A stretch of 64,000 nt of DNA from an uncultured Poribacteria bacterium (GTDB lineage Bacteria > Poribacteria > WGA-4E > WGA-3G): assembly GCA_951813565.1 (NCBI GenBank), contig OX638351.1:4064001-4128000 (forward strand), in the 5' to 3' direction. Under the pieces are notes generated by a model. It saw only the letters and a list, made by a program, of their open reading frames with translations, did not search any database and had not been told where the DNA came from. This document shows, one piece after another, positions 49,636 to 58,879 of the stretch. Each line of letters opens with the position of its first letter. Position 1 is the first letter of the stretch. A program made the position numbers and the translations under genes.

Positions 49636-50679
49636 ATGAACAGATTAAAGTCATTTCTACACTTACCAAGAATAATCAAACTGACGATCATTTGCACTTT
49701 AGCAATTGCCTTACCGGTCATGGCAGATTGGGTTACACTACAAGAAATGGACCCAGATATTCGAGATTACATGTCTATGGTATTTACAAATGAAAAAACT
49801 GGATGGGTAGTAGGTTCAGCTGCTTTTGAAGATTTTGAAAATCCTGGCTTCATTGGATATACGATGAATGGTGGGAAGACGTGGCAAAAATCAGAAATCA
49901 AACTGAGTGCAGACCTACATAAGATCCATTTCTTAGATGCTAACCATGGTTGGGCAGTCGGAGCAAACGGATTAATTGCCGGTACTACTAATGGCAGAGA
50001 CTGGGAACGCCAAATTTGTAAGGTAGACAAGGTTCTTGAGGTGAACACCGCACTTAAAGGTGTCTATTTCATAAATAAAAATGTTGGGTACGCTGTGGGT
50101 CAGAACGATACTATTGTTGCAACAAAAAATGGCGGAAAAATGTGGGAAGCACTAAAAGGCGGAAAAATGGCAGCAAATGTAGGTGACGATGAGGCAAGCA
50201 TGTTTAATGCAGTTCAGTTTCTCGACGAAAATACTGGATGGATAGCTGGAGTCCGCGTTTTTCCTGCCACAAAGTCACAAAAAAGCGTTATTCAGAAGAC
50301 TACTGATGGAGCCGTGACGTGGCAAATGCAAGAAACAGGTACAGAGGATATTCTTGAAGATATATTTTTCCTTGATGCTTCAGTAGGTTGGGCAGTTGGG
50401 GAGAACGGTGTTATCCTCCACACCACCAACGGCGGCAAAAAATGGCAAATACAGAAAAGTGGTACCACAGAGATTCTCCGAAGTGTTCGATTTGTAGATA
50501 AATATACTGGATGGGCAGTAGGAGGAGATTTCGGAGTCGGTGTAATCCTCAGCACCAACAGTGGTGGCAAAAAATGGGAAATTGAAAAGAGAAAAGAAAA
50601 AATGGTCAGTGTATCCGTACTCGATAAAAAGAATGCTTGGTTGGCAGCGGAACGCGGTTTAATCTTAAAGACAGAATAG
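49636..50679 (+). CDS. YCF48-like (BNR/Asp-box) beta-propeller protein
   Basis: Repeated F.D...GWAVG..G.I..T.NGG..W; upstream TTGACT-18 bp-TATACT and AAGGAG. Confidence 0.85.
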   Translation: MNRLKSFLHLPRIIKLTIICTLAIALPVMADWVTLQEMDPDIRDYMSMVFTNEKTGWVVGSAAFEDFENPGFIGYTMNGGKTWQKSEIKLSADLHKIHFLDANHGWAVGANGLIAGTTNGRDWERQICKVDKVLEVNTALKGVYFINKNVGYAVGQNDTIVATKNGGKMWEALKGGKMAANVGDDEASMFNAVQFLDENTGWIAGVRVFPATKSQKSVIQKTTDGAVTWQMQETGTEDILEDIFFLDASVGWAVGENGVILHTTNGGKKWQIQKSGTTEILRSVRFVDKYTGWAVGGDFGVGVILSTNSGGKKWEIEKRKEKMVSVSVLDKKNAWLAAERGLILKTE

Positions 50680-50777
50680 GTTGGAATAATAATTAAGTAG
50701 CCTATATCTGGACAGTAGATGCTTGCAGACTGATATACCATTATATTAGCGCATGGAATGACGTGAAAAAATAAAGG

Positions 50778-50958
50778 AACGTGAGTTCAATAATAAAATT
50801 CCATAAATACTGTAGGTTGGGTAGAACTGAATCCAGAATAAAATCCGATACAAAAGAGTGATTCATTCTCCATTTAAGGCTGAAAGGACAGAAAAGTGGT
50901 GAAACCCAACTCTTTTATCTCTTATACTTACACTCGAAATCAATATCGAACTCACGTT
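50778..50958. mobile_element. AAC-TIR MITE with 5-bp TSD AAAGG, carrying a REP
   Basis: AACGTGAGTTCAATA...TATCGAACTCACGTT; AAAGG at 50773-50777 and 50959-50963. Confidence 0.82.
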
Positions 50959-50972
50959 AAAGGAGGAAAATT

Positions 50973-52145
50973 TTGGGAAGTTCTACATTCGCCAAGCGGA
51001 TGAGCCGCTTGGGAACAGAATCTGCGTTTGAGGTGTTAGCTAAAGCCAAAAGCTTAGAAGCACAAGGTAAAGATATTATTCATTTAGAAATAGGTCAGCC
51101 AGACTTTTCAACGCCGATGAATGTGTGTGAAGCTGCATTCAAGGCAATGAAAGACGGACATACCGGTTACTGCCCATCAGCAGGGATACCCGAATTCCGA
51201 GAGGTTATCGCACAACATATTTCTGAAACACGCGGTATAGATATCCATCCGGATGAAGTGACTGTTACCCCAGGCGCGAAACCGATTATCTTTTTCACAA
51301 TTTTAGCATTAATTGATGAAGGAGATGAGGTAATTTATCCAGAACCTGGCTTCCCTGTTTATGAATCCGTTGTTGATTTTATCGGTGGCAAAGCGGTACC
51401 GCTTCCGCTTCGTGAAGAGGTCGACTTTCGCTTTCTTATTGAGGATTTGGTTGGTTCGATAACTGAACGCACAAAATTGCTAATACTCAATTCGCCGCAG
51501 AATCCCACAGGTGGAACCCTCACAACAGAAGACATTGCTGCAATTGCGGAACTCGCGCGAAAACATAATTTTTATATCCTGACAGACGAAGTCTATTCAC
51601 GCCTCCTTTACGAAGGCACCCATCAAAGTATCCTGAGTCTCCCCGGTATGAAAGAGCAGACTATTCTGATTGATGGACATTCTAAAACGTACGCTATGAC
51701 CGGTTGGCGGCTTGGATATGGTATCGCACCACGCCCAATTGCAGACAAAATCACTCAGTTGACGATCAATTCAAATTCCTGCACTGCAACCTTCACACAA
51801 ATTGCTGGAATAGAAGCACTAACAGGGCCTCAAACATTTGTTACCCAAATGGTTACGGAATTTAGAAAACGACGCGATGCAATTGTAGAGGGTTTAAATG
51901 CTATTGACGGTATGAGTTGTATCAAACCGCTCGGTTCGTTCTACGTTTTCCCGAATGTCACACAACTTCCTCTTTCCTGCGAAGCTCTCGCTGATTATTT
52001 AATGGATGAAGCAGGGGTTGCCCTACTACCGGGCACAGCTTTTGGAAAATACGGGGATGGGTATCTGCGACTTTCGTATGCGAATTCGTTGGAAAATATT
52101 GAAGAGGCACTACACCGAATAAAAACCGGAATTGGAAAGTTATAG
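50973..52145 (+). CDS. Aspartate-type PLP aminotransferase class I
   Basis: IGQPDF, NSPQNPTG, DEVY and SKTYAMTGWRLG motifs; TTG start with AAGGAGG. Confidence 0.93.
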   Translation: MGSSTFAKRMSRLGTESAFEVLAKAKSLEAQGKDIIHLEIGQPDFSTPMNVCEAAFKAMKDGHTGYCPSAGIPEFREVIAQHISETRGIDIHPDEVTVTPGAKPIIFFTILALIDEGDEVIYPEPGFPVYESVVDFIGGKAVPLPLREEVDFRFLIEDLVGSITERTKLLILNSPQNPTGGTLTTEDIAAIAELARKHNFYILTDEVYSRLLYEGTHQSILSLPGMKEQTILIDGHSKTYAMTGWRLGYGIAPRPIADKITQLTINSNSCTATFTQIAGIEALTGPQTFVTQMVTEFRKRRDAIVEGLNAIDGMSCIKPLGSFYVFPNVTQLPLSCEALADYLMDEAGVALLPGTAFGKYGDGYLRLSYANSLENIEEALHRIKTGIGKL

Positions 52146-52167
52146 AATAAAGTTGGGAAATTCTCGT

Positions 52168-53097
52168 ATGTCTCGTAAAGTTAGCGCGCGTATCCCTGCC
52201 AGCACAACTAATCTGGGTCCCGGGTTTGATGTGTTAGGACTCGCCTTAAAACTCTATAGCACAGTGACTTTAGAAACCACTGGAAGCAGTTCTGAAGTTG
52301 TTGTAAGTGGAGTTGACGTTGATAAGATACCAAGCACTCCTGAACATATCGCATTCCAAGCTGTCCAGTCTGTTTTCCAACGGAGCGGCGTGCAGCAGCC
52401 CAAAGGGCTAAAATTGAGCATCGCTAACGGAATTCCGGCGATTCGTGGGTTAGGTGGAAGCGGAACAGCGATCCTTGGCGGTTTACTCACAGCAAATGTT
52501 CTGTGTGGTAATCCGTTCTCATATTCAGAACTACTCAATTTTGCAACAGCCATGGAGGGACACCCCGATAATGTTGCTGCTTCTTTGTATGGTGGCATGG
52601 TCATTTCGGTGCAAGAAGGGGAACACATTCATACAATTCAGTTAGAATGTGATCCGACTCTTCATGTCGTACTCGCAATTCCAGAATTTACATTGTCAAC
52701 ACAGAAAGCACGGAACATTCTACCGAAAACTGTTGATTTTGCTGATGCTATCTACAATATTAGCAGAAGTTCCTTATTAGTCGCTTGCATTGCTACCGGA
52801 AAATTGGAGATGCTGTCGGTTGCAATGAAAGATAAACTACATCAACCTTACCGCAGCACGCTAATTCCAGGCTTTGATGATGTTGTTGACGCCGCGACAG
52901 ACGCTGGAGCAGTAAGTATCGCATTGAGTGGTGCGGGACCAACCATCGCTGCATACTGTTTGAATAACATGGACGCAGTTGGGAATCGGATGCGAGATGT
53001 TTTTAAACGACATAATATTCCATGCAAAATCCAGGTGATCGGTGCGGACCTGGAAGGCGCAAAAGTCTGGAGTAACGGGGACGAAAGTCCAAAATAA
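52168..53097 (+). CDS. thrB: Homoserine kinase
   Basis: PASTTNLGPGFD, EGHPDN, DKLHQPYR and LSGAGPT motifs. Confidence 0.95.
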   Translation: MSRKVSARIPASTTNLGPGFDVLGLALKLYSTVTLETTGSSSEVVVSGVDVDKIPSTPEHIAFQAVQSVFQRSGVQQPKGLKLSIANGIPAIRGLGGSGTAILGGLLTANVLCGNPFSYSELLNFATAMEGHPDNVAASLYGGMVISVQEGEHIHTIQLECDPTLHVVLAIPEFTLSTQKARNILPKTVDFADAIYNISRSSLLVACIATGKLEMLSVAMKDKLHQPYRSTLIPGFDDVVDAATDAGAVSIALSGAGPTIAAYCLNNMDAVGNRMRDVFKRHNIPCKIQVIGADLEGAKVWSNGDESPK

Positions 53098-53139
53098 ACC
53101 ACAGTAACTTTGTAAGAATGTGAAACGTTAGGAAAAACA

Positions 53140-55866
53140 ATGTCTAATTTTTATGCAGAAAGTATCGCATTTCTGTTAAACCAATTTAGTACCGATCTGG
53201 AATACGGCTTAAGCCACGCGGCAGTAGAAAAATTAAAGACACATTATGGTAATAATGTGCCGAATTCCAAGATAGATGCTTCGCAAATCGGATCCTTTTT
53301 TGAGCAGGTCCTTAACTGGAGATTACTGCTTTTAGTACTTGCCATAACAGTTTTTGTATTTTCCACTGATGTGCCGAGAATTGCCCTTATCGGAGGGGTT
53401 TTGATTCTTTCTTTCTGTTGGGCGACTATAGTTTCAATAAGTTTTCGACGTAGACACAAGCAACGTACAGCACAATTCAGCATTACCGTTGCGGTTATGC
53501 GTCAAGGTACGCAAGAAAAATGTTCCCCCTCCGATATTGTACCAGGGGACCTGCTTCTTCTTAAACCCGGCGATTATATCCCTGCCGATGCCCGAATAGT
53601 GCAATCAGACGGGTTAAAAGTTAACGAATCTGTGCTATTCGGGAGTAGTGGTTCAGCTGCAAAAACTTTTAAGGAGATAAAGGAGACTGGACTCCCTCCG
53701 GAAAAACAGACAAACATGGTTTTTGGAGGGACATACGTTGATACTGGAACAGGTCAGGCGATCGTGGTCAGAATAGGTGATGAGTTAGAAATGCACCAGA
53801 ATCGTGGAAATGCACGTTCTTTGCCGCACGAGACGACTGTCGCAGAAAATCAAATAAAATTTTTCATAGATATTCTAAAAGTCATAGGTCTGGTTGTCGG
53901 TGGAATAGCAGTTGCTATTTTCTGGTGGCAAAAATCACAACAGAGTGATCCAACAAATTGGATAGAATTCCTTCAATTCGGTTTAATTTTTGCAATTGCC
54001 GCAACCCCTCATGACTTAGTGTTGCTACTACACTCCATCTTTGATCAGAAAACCTCTGGTGTGCTTAAGAAAGGCATGGCACTCCGAAATAGGCATTTCC
54101 TTGAGAAATTGAATCGTCTCACAGCTTTTTGTACTGATGAAAAAGGCATCGCAAGCACAAAATCTCTCACTATTTCCAGTATTTTTGTTGATCAACAAAT
54201 GGTAAACCGTTCTGTATGGGAAAATTGGTTAAAATCACTCAAATCCCAGTCACCTGAAGAAAAAAGCAAGCGAATAAATGATATTCCACCAAGATTTCAA
54301 ATTCCTCAAGGTGCTCCTGGACTCGTGCTGACTGCAGGGTTGGGAACTTCCGGCGAACGGTATTATGATAGGACGGGAGTTGATCATGCACATCAACTTG
54401 TTATACAAGACACTATGGAACGACTCGGGTATAAGCTGGCAGATCTTAAATCTAATATGCATCTTGTCTCTGAATATCCATGGACACCGAACTTCGGATA
54501 TGAACTTCATGTGTTTGAATCAGAGGAAAACGAGTATCTGAACATTATATTTGGCGATGCCCGTAATGTGCTTGAGGCGTGTAATTCCATTCTTGTAAAT
54601 GGAGAGGTATCTGAATTCTACTATGAACAGTATGAGATGTGTAGTGAAATTCTCAATTACATGCAAAACCCCAGGGATACTGTTTATGGTGTAGCATCAT
54701 TACATTCCGAGGTGCCGCTAACACCACAAGAAGTTCAGGGAATGTCAACTTTTTTAGGATTCATTAGTTTTTCTGTCACTGATAACGACGAGACAAAAGA
54801 AGTTATAAAATCATTTATGGATATAGGCTTAAAGGTCATTCTAATGAGTGAAAGTGACGAACAAAAAACAACCGATTTAGCCAAAGAGTTGGGTCTCGTC
54901 CATACTCGTAATGCAGTCGGAACAAGAGAAGAACTGATGCAGCTATCCACACAAGAGTTCGACAAAGAAGTTCCAAATTGGAATGCCTATTCGCAACCGA
55001 CACAAGAACAACGTAGGAATATTGTGCTCAGTTTGAAACGACACAATCATTCTGTTGGTTATTTGGCACAAAATGCTAACGATCAACGCGCGATGATCAC
55101 GGCTGACCTCGCACTGGCAGATACAAGGTACGCTTCACATTTTGCCCAAGAACATGCCGACTGCCTGATAATTGAAAAAGGCTTCAAGGCAGTTAAGGAC
55201 TGCTTGCTATATGCGCGAGAAGCGTATCACAATCTTTCTGGTTCGCTTCGGTGGTGTTTATCATGCACACTGGCACAATTTTTTACTGTCGTTTTTGGAT
55301 TAATTCTGCATGCCAGGTTCAAGTTTGAGATGCCGCTAACACTTACGCAGGTGGTCTGGGTTCAATTTTTAACAACGCTGCTTCCAGCAATTGGATTAGG
55401 TTATGAACAGATAACCGTTGATGAAAAGCGACATCACCCCGGCAGAGCAACGATGCTCCTTCCGAAAACCGCTGTGATTGATATTGTTTGCCGAAGTCTT
55501 GTTATTAGTTTAATGACAATTATCCATTTTTTGGTGCTAACAGTTACTGGAACAGAATCTAATCTTATAGAGGCACGCACAGCAGCCTGTACTACATTGA
55601 TTTTTGCACAGGTGGCTGTATACTTCCAATGCACGCGATATCCATGGGAATCTCTTTTTAAAAGGATGTTCACTAACGTCCGTCTATTTGTAATTTTTCT
55701 AATCGTTATCGGGCTTCATGCATCAGCGATGTACATTGCCCCCATGCAGAATATTTTGGAAATCGTACCGCTTCAGCAGGAATGGATAGTAACGTCTTTG
55801 TGTAGTCTGATTTTGCTACTGTTACCATTAAATTTAGCGATAAATCCACGCAAAGATAGAACTTAA
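53140..55866 (+). CDS. P2-type ATPase-like protein with degenerate catalytic motifs
   Basis: IVPGD..GDYIPADAR, NMVFGGT and the TM layout are typical of P2A pumps; DKTGT, TGES, TGD and GDGxND are all altered. Confidence 0.8.
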   Translation: MSNFYAESIAFLLNQFSTDLEYGLSHAAVEKLKTHYGNNVPNSKIDASQIGSFFEQVLNWRLLLLVLAITVFVFSTDVPRIALIGGVLILSFCWATIVSISFRRRHKQRTAQFSITVAVMRQGTQEKCSPSDIVPGDLLLLKPGDYIPADARIVQSDGLKVNESVLFGSSGSAAKTFKEIKETGLPPEKQTNMVFGGTYVDTGTGQAIVVRIGDELEMHQNRGNARSLPHETTVAENQIKFFIDILKVIGLVVGGIAVAIFWWQKSQQSDPTNWIEFLQFGLIFAIAATPHDLVLLLHSIFDQKTSGVLKKGMALRNRHFLEKLNRLTAFCTDEKGIASTKSLTISSIFVDQQMVNRSVWENWLKSLKSQSPEEKSKRINDIPPRFQIPQGAPGLVLTAGLGTSGERYYDRTGVDHAHQLVIQDTMERLGYKLADLKSNMHLVSEYPWTPNFGYELHVFESEENEYLNIIFGDARNVLEACNSILVNGEVSEFYYEQYEMCSEILNYMQNPRDTVYGVASLHSEVPLTPQEVQGMSTFLGFISFSVTDNDETKEVIKSFMDIGLKVILMSESDEQKTTDLAKELGLVHTRNAVGTREELMQLSTQEFDKEVPNWNAYSQPTQEQRRNIVLSLKRHNHSVGYLAQNANDQRAMITADLALADTRYASHFAQEHADCLIIEKGFKAVKDCLLYAREAYHNLSGSLRWCLSCTLAQFFTVVFGLILHARFKFEMPLTLTQVVWVQFLTTLLPAIGLGYEQITVDEKRHHPGRATMLLPKTAVIDIVCRSLVISLMTIIHFLVLTVTGTESNLIEARTAACTTLIFAQVAVYFQCTRYPWESLFKRMFTNVRLFVIFLIVIGLHASAMYIAPMQNILEIVPLQQEWIVTSLCSLILLLLPLNLAINPRKDRT

Positions 55867-57815
55867 ACCCAAAATCCGTAGGTCGGTATACCTCCAATAA
55901 TACCTATAATTGTCCAAATACTTCCTACCGTAAACTCACCAAGGATAAGTCCTAAAAAGAACGGCGCTACCTTTCTGTATCTCACAGGTCCACCATATTT
56001 GAGAATGATCAGTTTAATTAACCAGCTCATAAAAAGACAACCCCATGTAACATGCATGCCCCAACTGGTAGAAATAGCAAAGCCGGCAGGATGAAACGGC
56101 CACCACACAAAACGCATTCGAAATAGCATTAGCACTGCTGTCAGTAGAAATCCAATACCTGTAAACAGACTTTCTGGGATAAGCGTGTCAGTAGGAGATT
56201 GAAGCCAGCCTGTTAGACGGCGGTAAGGTTCTATACCAAATGCACTCAAAGATGGCCAATACGCCCGTACTTCCATTCCTAATCGATAACCTCGGTCGAT
56301 TAAAGCCCAAAAACCTGCCAACGACCCTAACACAGCGGCTAACATTAAGGCAAAGATAATCCGTTTCATTGTCATATTTGTCCGCTCTATAATTTTAAAA
56401 CCTTCTAACTGATGTGGCATCGGATGGCTTCGATATGCACGATTGATAAACCAAAACATTGAAAACATGATGAGATTATCTCTACCCAACCTGCGTGTGC
56501 CTACGACCCGCGTTAAAATTTGGTCAGGACCAGAATAGTGCAGATCATGCACGGGAGTTCCCAACTCAGCACGCATGCGCGTGATTGCAATAGAAATCAT
56601 ATAATAGATAGCAAAAAACGCGAGCATAACGCCTATATTGGCACCGCCATAGTAGCAAAAAATAACTAAGAAAACCATTACCGCGATGAGTCCGATAACG
56701 GCAGCTCTGTAAGAAATCGCTTCATTTTCATCTTCTTGTGATTTGTTTCGGCTGAAAAGTGCTCGTCCTACCTGAAGTAGATGTCTGCGACTTGCCCATA
56801 TAGCTAAAACGCACAAGGCAAGGTAACCGCCAGATGCTTGCTCGTTCGTGTAAGGAAAACGTGGAAGGTTTCGAAATCCAAATGCGGCACCCGCAACACG
56901 CATTAACCGCCAATACCAAAAGAAAAACCAACAGGAAAAAGAGAGGTCAAGTGGGATGAAGAACCCAAGTCCAATTGCAAATGGATAGAGTGAAAACGGT
57001 ATTCTACCCATCGCGTTCCAAGGGCTTTCTGTGAAAACTTGGTAACTCCGAATACGGGTGCGTAGTTCGGGTAGAAATGGGTATAAAAAACTTATACCGT
57101 TCCATAATGCCAAGCCCCCAGCAACACAAAAACCGAGCCACATTAACTTATTCTGAAAAAGACGATTTTGAGGGGTTTCCGTAAGGTTGAGAGGAAGATG
57201 TATAATCGGATAACTTAGTTTTTCATACTCAATCCACTGTTTTCGGATAATAATATTGATGCAAAGCATGCCGAAAATCAATACACTAATAAAGACTGTC
57301 CACCACAATACGGGTGTTGCCCAACCAAGCAAGGATTCAAATGTATAAAGTGGTAGATCACCTTCATAATAACCTTGTAGCAATTGGCTATTGCTAACCG
57401 TGAGCCAGTCTGGAAGGAAAGGTAGAAACAGTTGTTGCCATTCATTTTCAGGCGTTGCAAAGCGGAAGGCATGACCAAGCATCGGCACCAAAATTTCAAG
57501 CATATCATGCCCAGTAATTCCTGATGCGATGGAAAGCATCAGGTAAACAACGACCAACTCGCTTTGGACCAAAGCAATTCGTGGAAGAAACCGCTGCAGT
57601 AACTGGTTGAGACCGATAACTACAAATAAACTAAAAATAACATTGAAAAAGAGAGAAATCGTAACAGGGTGTCCCGAATAACGGATGACCTCCATTTCAA
57701 TAACCCAATAGCAATTTATCGGAATTAGAATAACAGCAATTAGGATGGATTTAAGCGTAACCCCGTGAGCAGGAATGTTTGAGGACGACGGGGGTGGGGC
57801 TTTTTGAATTTCCAT
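55863..57815 (-). CDS. Polytopic membrane protein, DUF6785/DUF6784 (OPT-like peptide transporter) family
   Basis: RKQWIEYEKLSYPI, TRMRAELG, WWPFHPAG and PFFLGLILGE motifs. Confidence 0.7.
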   Translation of the reverse strand: MEIQKAPPPSSSNIPAHGVTLKSILIAVILIPINCYWVIEMEVIRYSGHPVTISLFFNVIFSLFVVIGLNQLLQRFLPRIALVQSELVVVYLMLSIASGITGHDMLEILVPMLGHAFRFATPENEWQQLFLPFLPDWLTVSNSQLLQGYYEGDLPLYTFESLLGWATPVLWWTVFISVLIFGMLCINIIIRKQWIEYEKLSYPIIHLPLNLTETPQNRLFQNKLMWLGFCVAGGLALWNGISFLYPFLPELRTRIRSYQVFTESPWNAMGRIPFSLYPFAIGLGFFIPLDLSFSCWFFFWYWRLMRVAGAAFGFRNLPRFPYTNEQASGGYLALCVLAIWASRRHLLQVGRALFSRNKSQEDENEAISYRAAVIGLIAVMVFLVIFCYYGGANIGVMLAFFAIYYMISIAITRMRAELGTPVHDLHYSGPDQILTRVVGTRRLGRDNLIMFSMFWFINRAYRSHPMPHQLEGFKIIERTNMTMKRIIFALMLAAVLGSLAGFWALIDRGYRLGMEVRAYWPSLSAFGIEPYRRLTGWLQSPTDTLIPESLFTGIGFLLTAVLMLFRMRFVWWPFHPAGFAISTSWGMHVTWGCLFMSWLIKLIILKYGGPVRYRKVAPFFLGLILGEFTVGSIWTIIGIIGGIPTYGFWV

Positions 57816-57852
57816 TTAGTCTTGAATCAGCTCACGGGTATTATTTTTATGT

Positions 57853-57881
57853 AGTCTACCGCAATGCGCGTGGGTTGTCAA
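57853..57881 (-). promoter_or_regulatory. Sigma70-type promoter
   Basis: TTGACA-17 bp-TAGACT on the minus strand, about 38 bp upstream of the 57815 start. Confidence 0.55.
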
Positions 57882-58086
57882 CGGCTATTTTATTCCTACC
57901 GTGAGATATTTAGGATATGCATTACGAATATTTCATACATGTTTCCCGAATTCCCTTACATGTTACCATGCATGTTCGTTCTAACTGTAAGTTACTGTGG
58001 CTTATAAGTTACATGTAGCTACACGGGGTGATAGATTTAAGCTTAGTTAGTATAAGATTTTATTTTGGTAGATTTCAGAATTAATT

Positions 58087-58314
58087 GAGGGATGTGCATA
58101 AATAATTCCCATGTTAAAGTATGTGTTTAAAGGTAGTCCGCACACGCCGTGGGTTTCCGTCCACAAGTTCAAAGAGGCGCAGCATGCCACACGCGCATGC
58201 TGCGTTGATTTGGCAATGAATTGCGCGACTACAAACGGCATTTCTATAAATCAAGCGGCACCTGGCGTCTGTCCCTGTCTGTGTTGATCCGCCAAATATT
58301 TATGCACACTCCTC
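58087..58314. mobile_element. MITE with GAGG..TGTGCATAAATA TIRs and 8-bp TSD
   Basis: AATTAATT at 58079-58086 and 58315-58322; contains REPs and a micro-hairpin. Confidence 0.8.
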
Positions 58315-58459
58315 AATTAATTAGACATTATTGATCTGTGCATCAACGCAGCATGCGCTTTTGGCATGCTGCGGGAGTGATCTCCGATTCCCGACTATCA
58401 AAGCGGTTAGTCGCGATTCGGAGATCACTCCTACAGAATTAGTATCTCATTAATTATAC

Positions 58460-58835
58460 TATAGTTTGGACAATTTTAGCTGTTTTCGTGAGGTTGGGTT
58501 AGACAGAAACATCTTAGAAATAGATATAGTTTTCATATTGGACACCTGTCGCCCCGCTGGGGCTGAAGCGGGTTGTTTACAGCGTTTCTATACACCTGTC
58601 GCCCCGCTGGGGCTGCCCAAAAGTATTTTTGGACGAGTTCTTTCAGCCAGCAAAATCGCAGAAAATATAAATACTATAAGATGACACCTTAGCCCCAGGG
58701 GCGACAGGTGTATAGAAGAAGGTAATTGCCGCTGTCTAAAGCCCCCGCGGGGCGACAGGTGTCCAATATTTTGCTTTGGACACCTAACAGTTTCTCAGCA
58801 AGTCCTCGAACAGTATGTAAATTGTCCAAACTATA
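58460..58835. mobile_element. TA-flanked (IS630-type) MITE carrying doublet GCCCC-GGGGC hairpin repeats
   Basis: TATAGTTTGGACAATTT...AAATTGTCCAAACTATA perfect IR. Confidence 0.78.
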
Positions 58836-58879
58836 GTATAATATTAAGAGGGATAATGAATTGCGCGACTACAAACGCG

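Noticed and set aside
58539..58765. Direct repeats read as a CRISPR array
   Set aside because: Only two per orientation, arranged as inverted doublets inside a MITE, and lacking CRISPR repeat ends.
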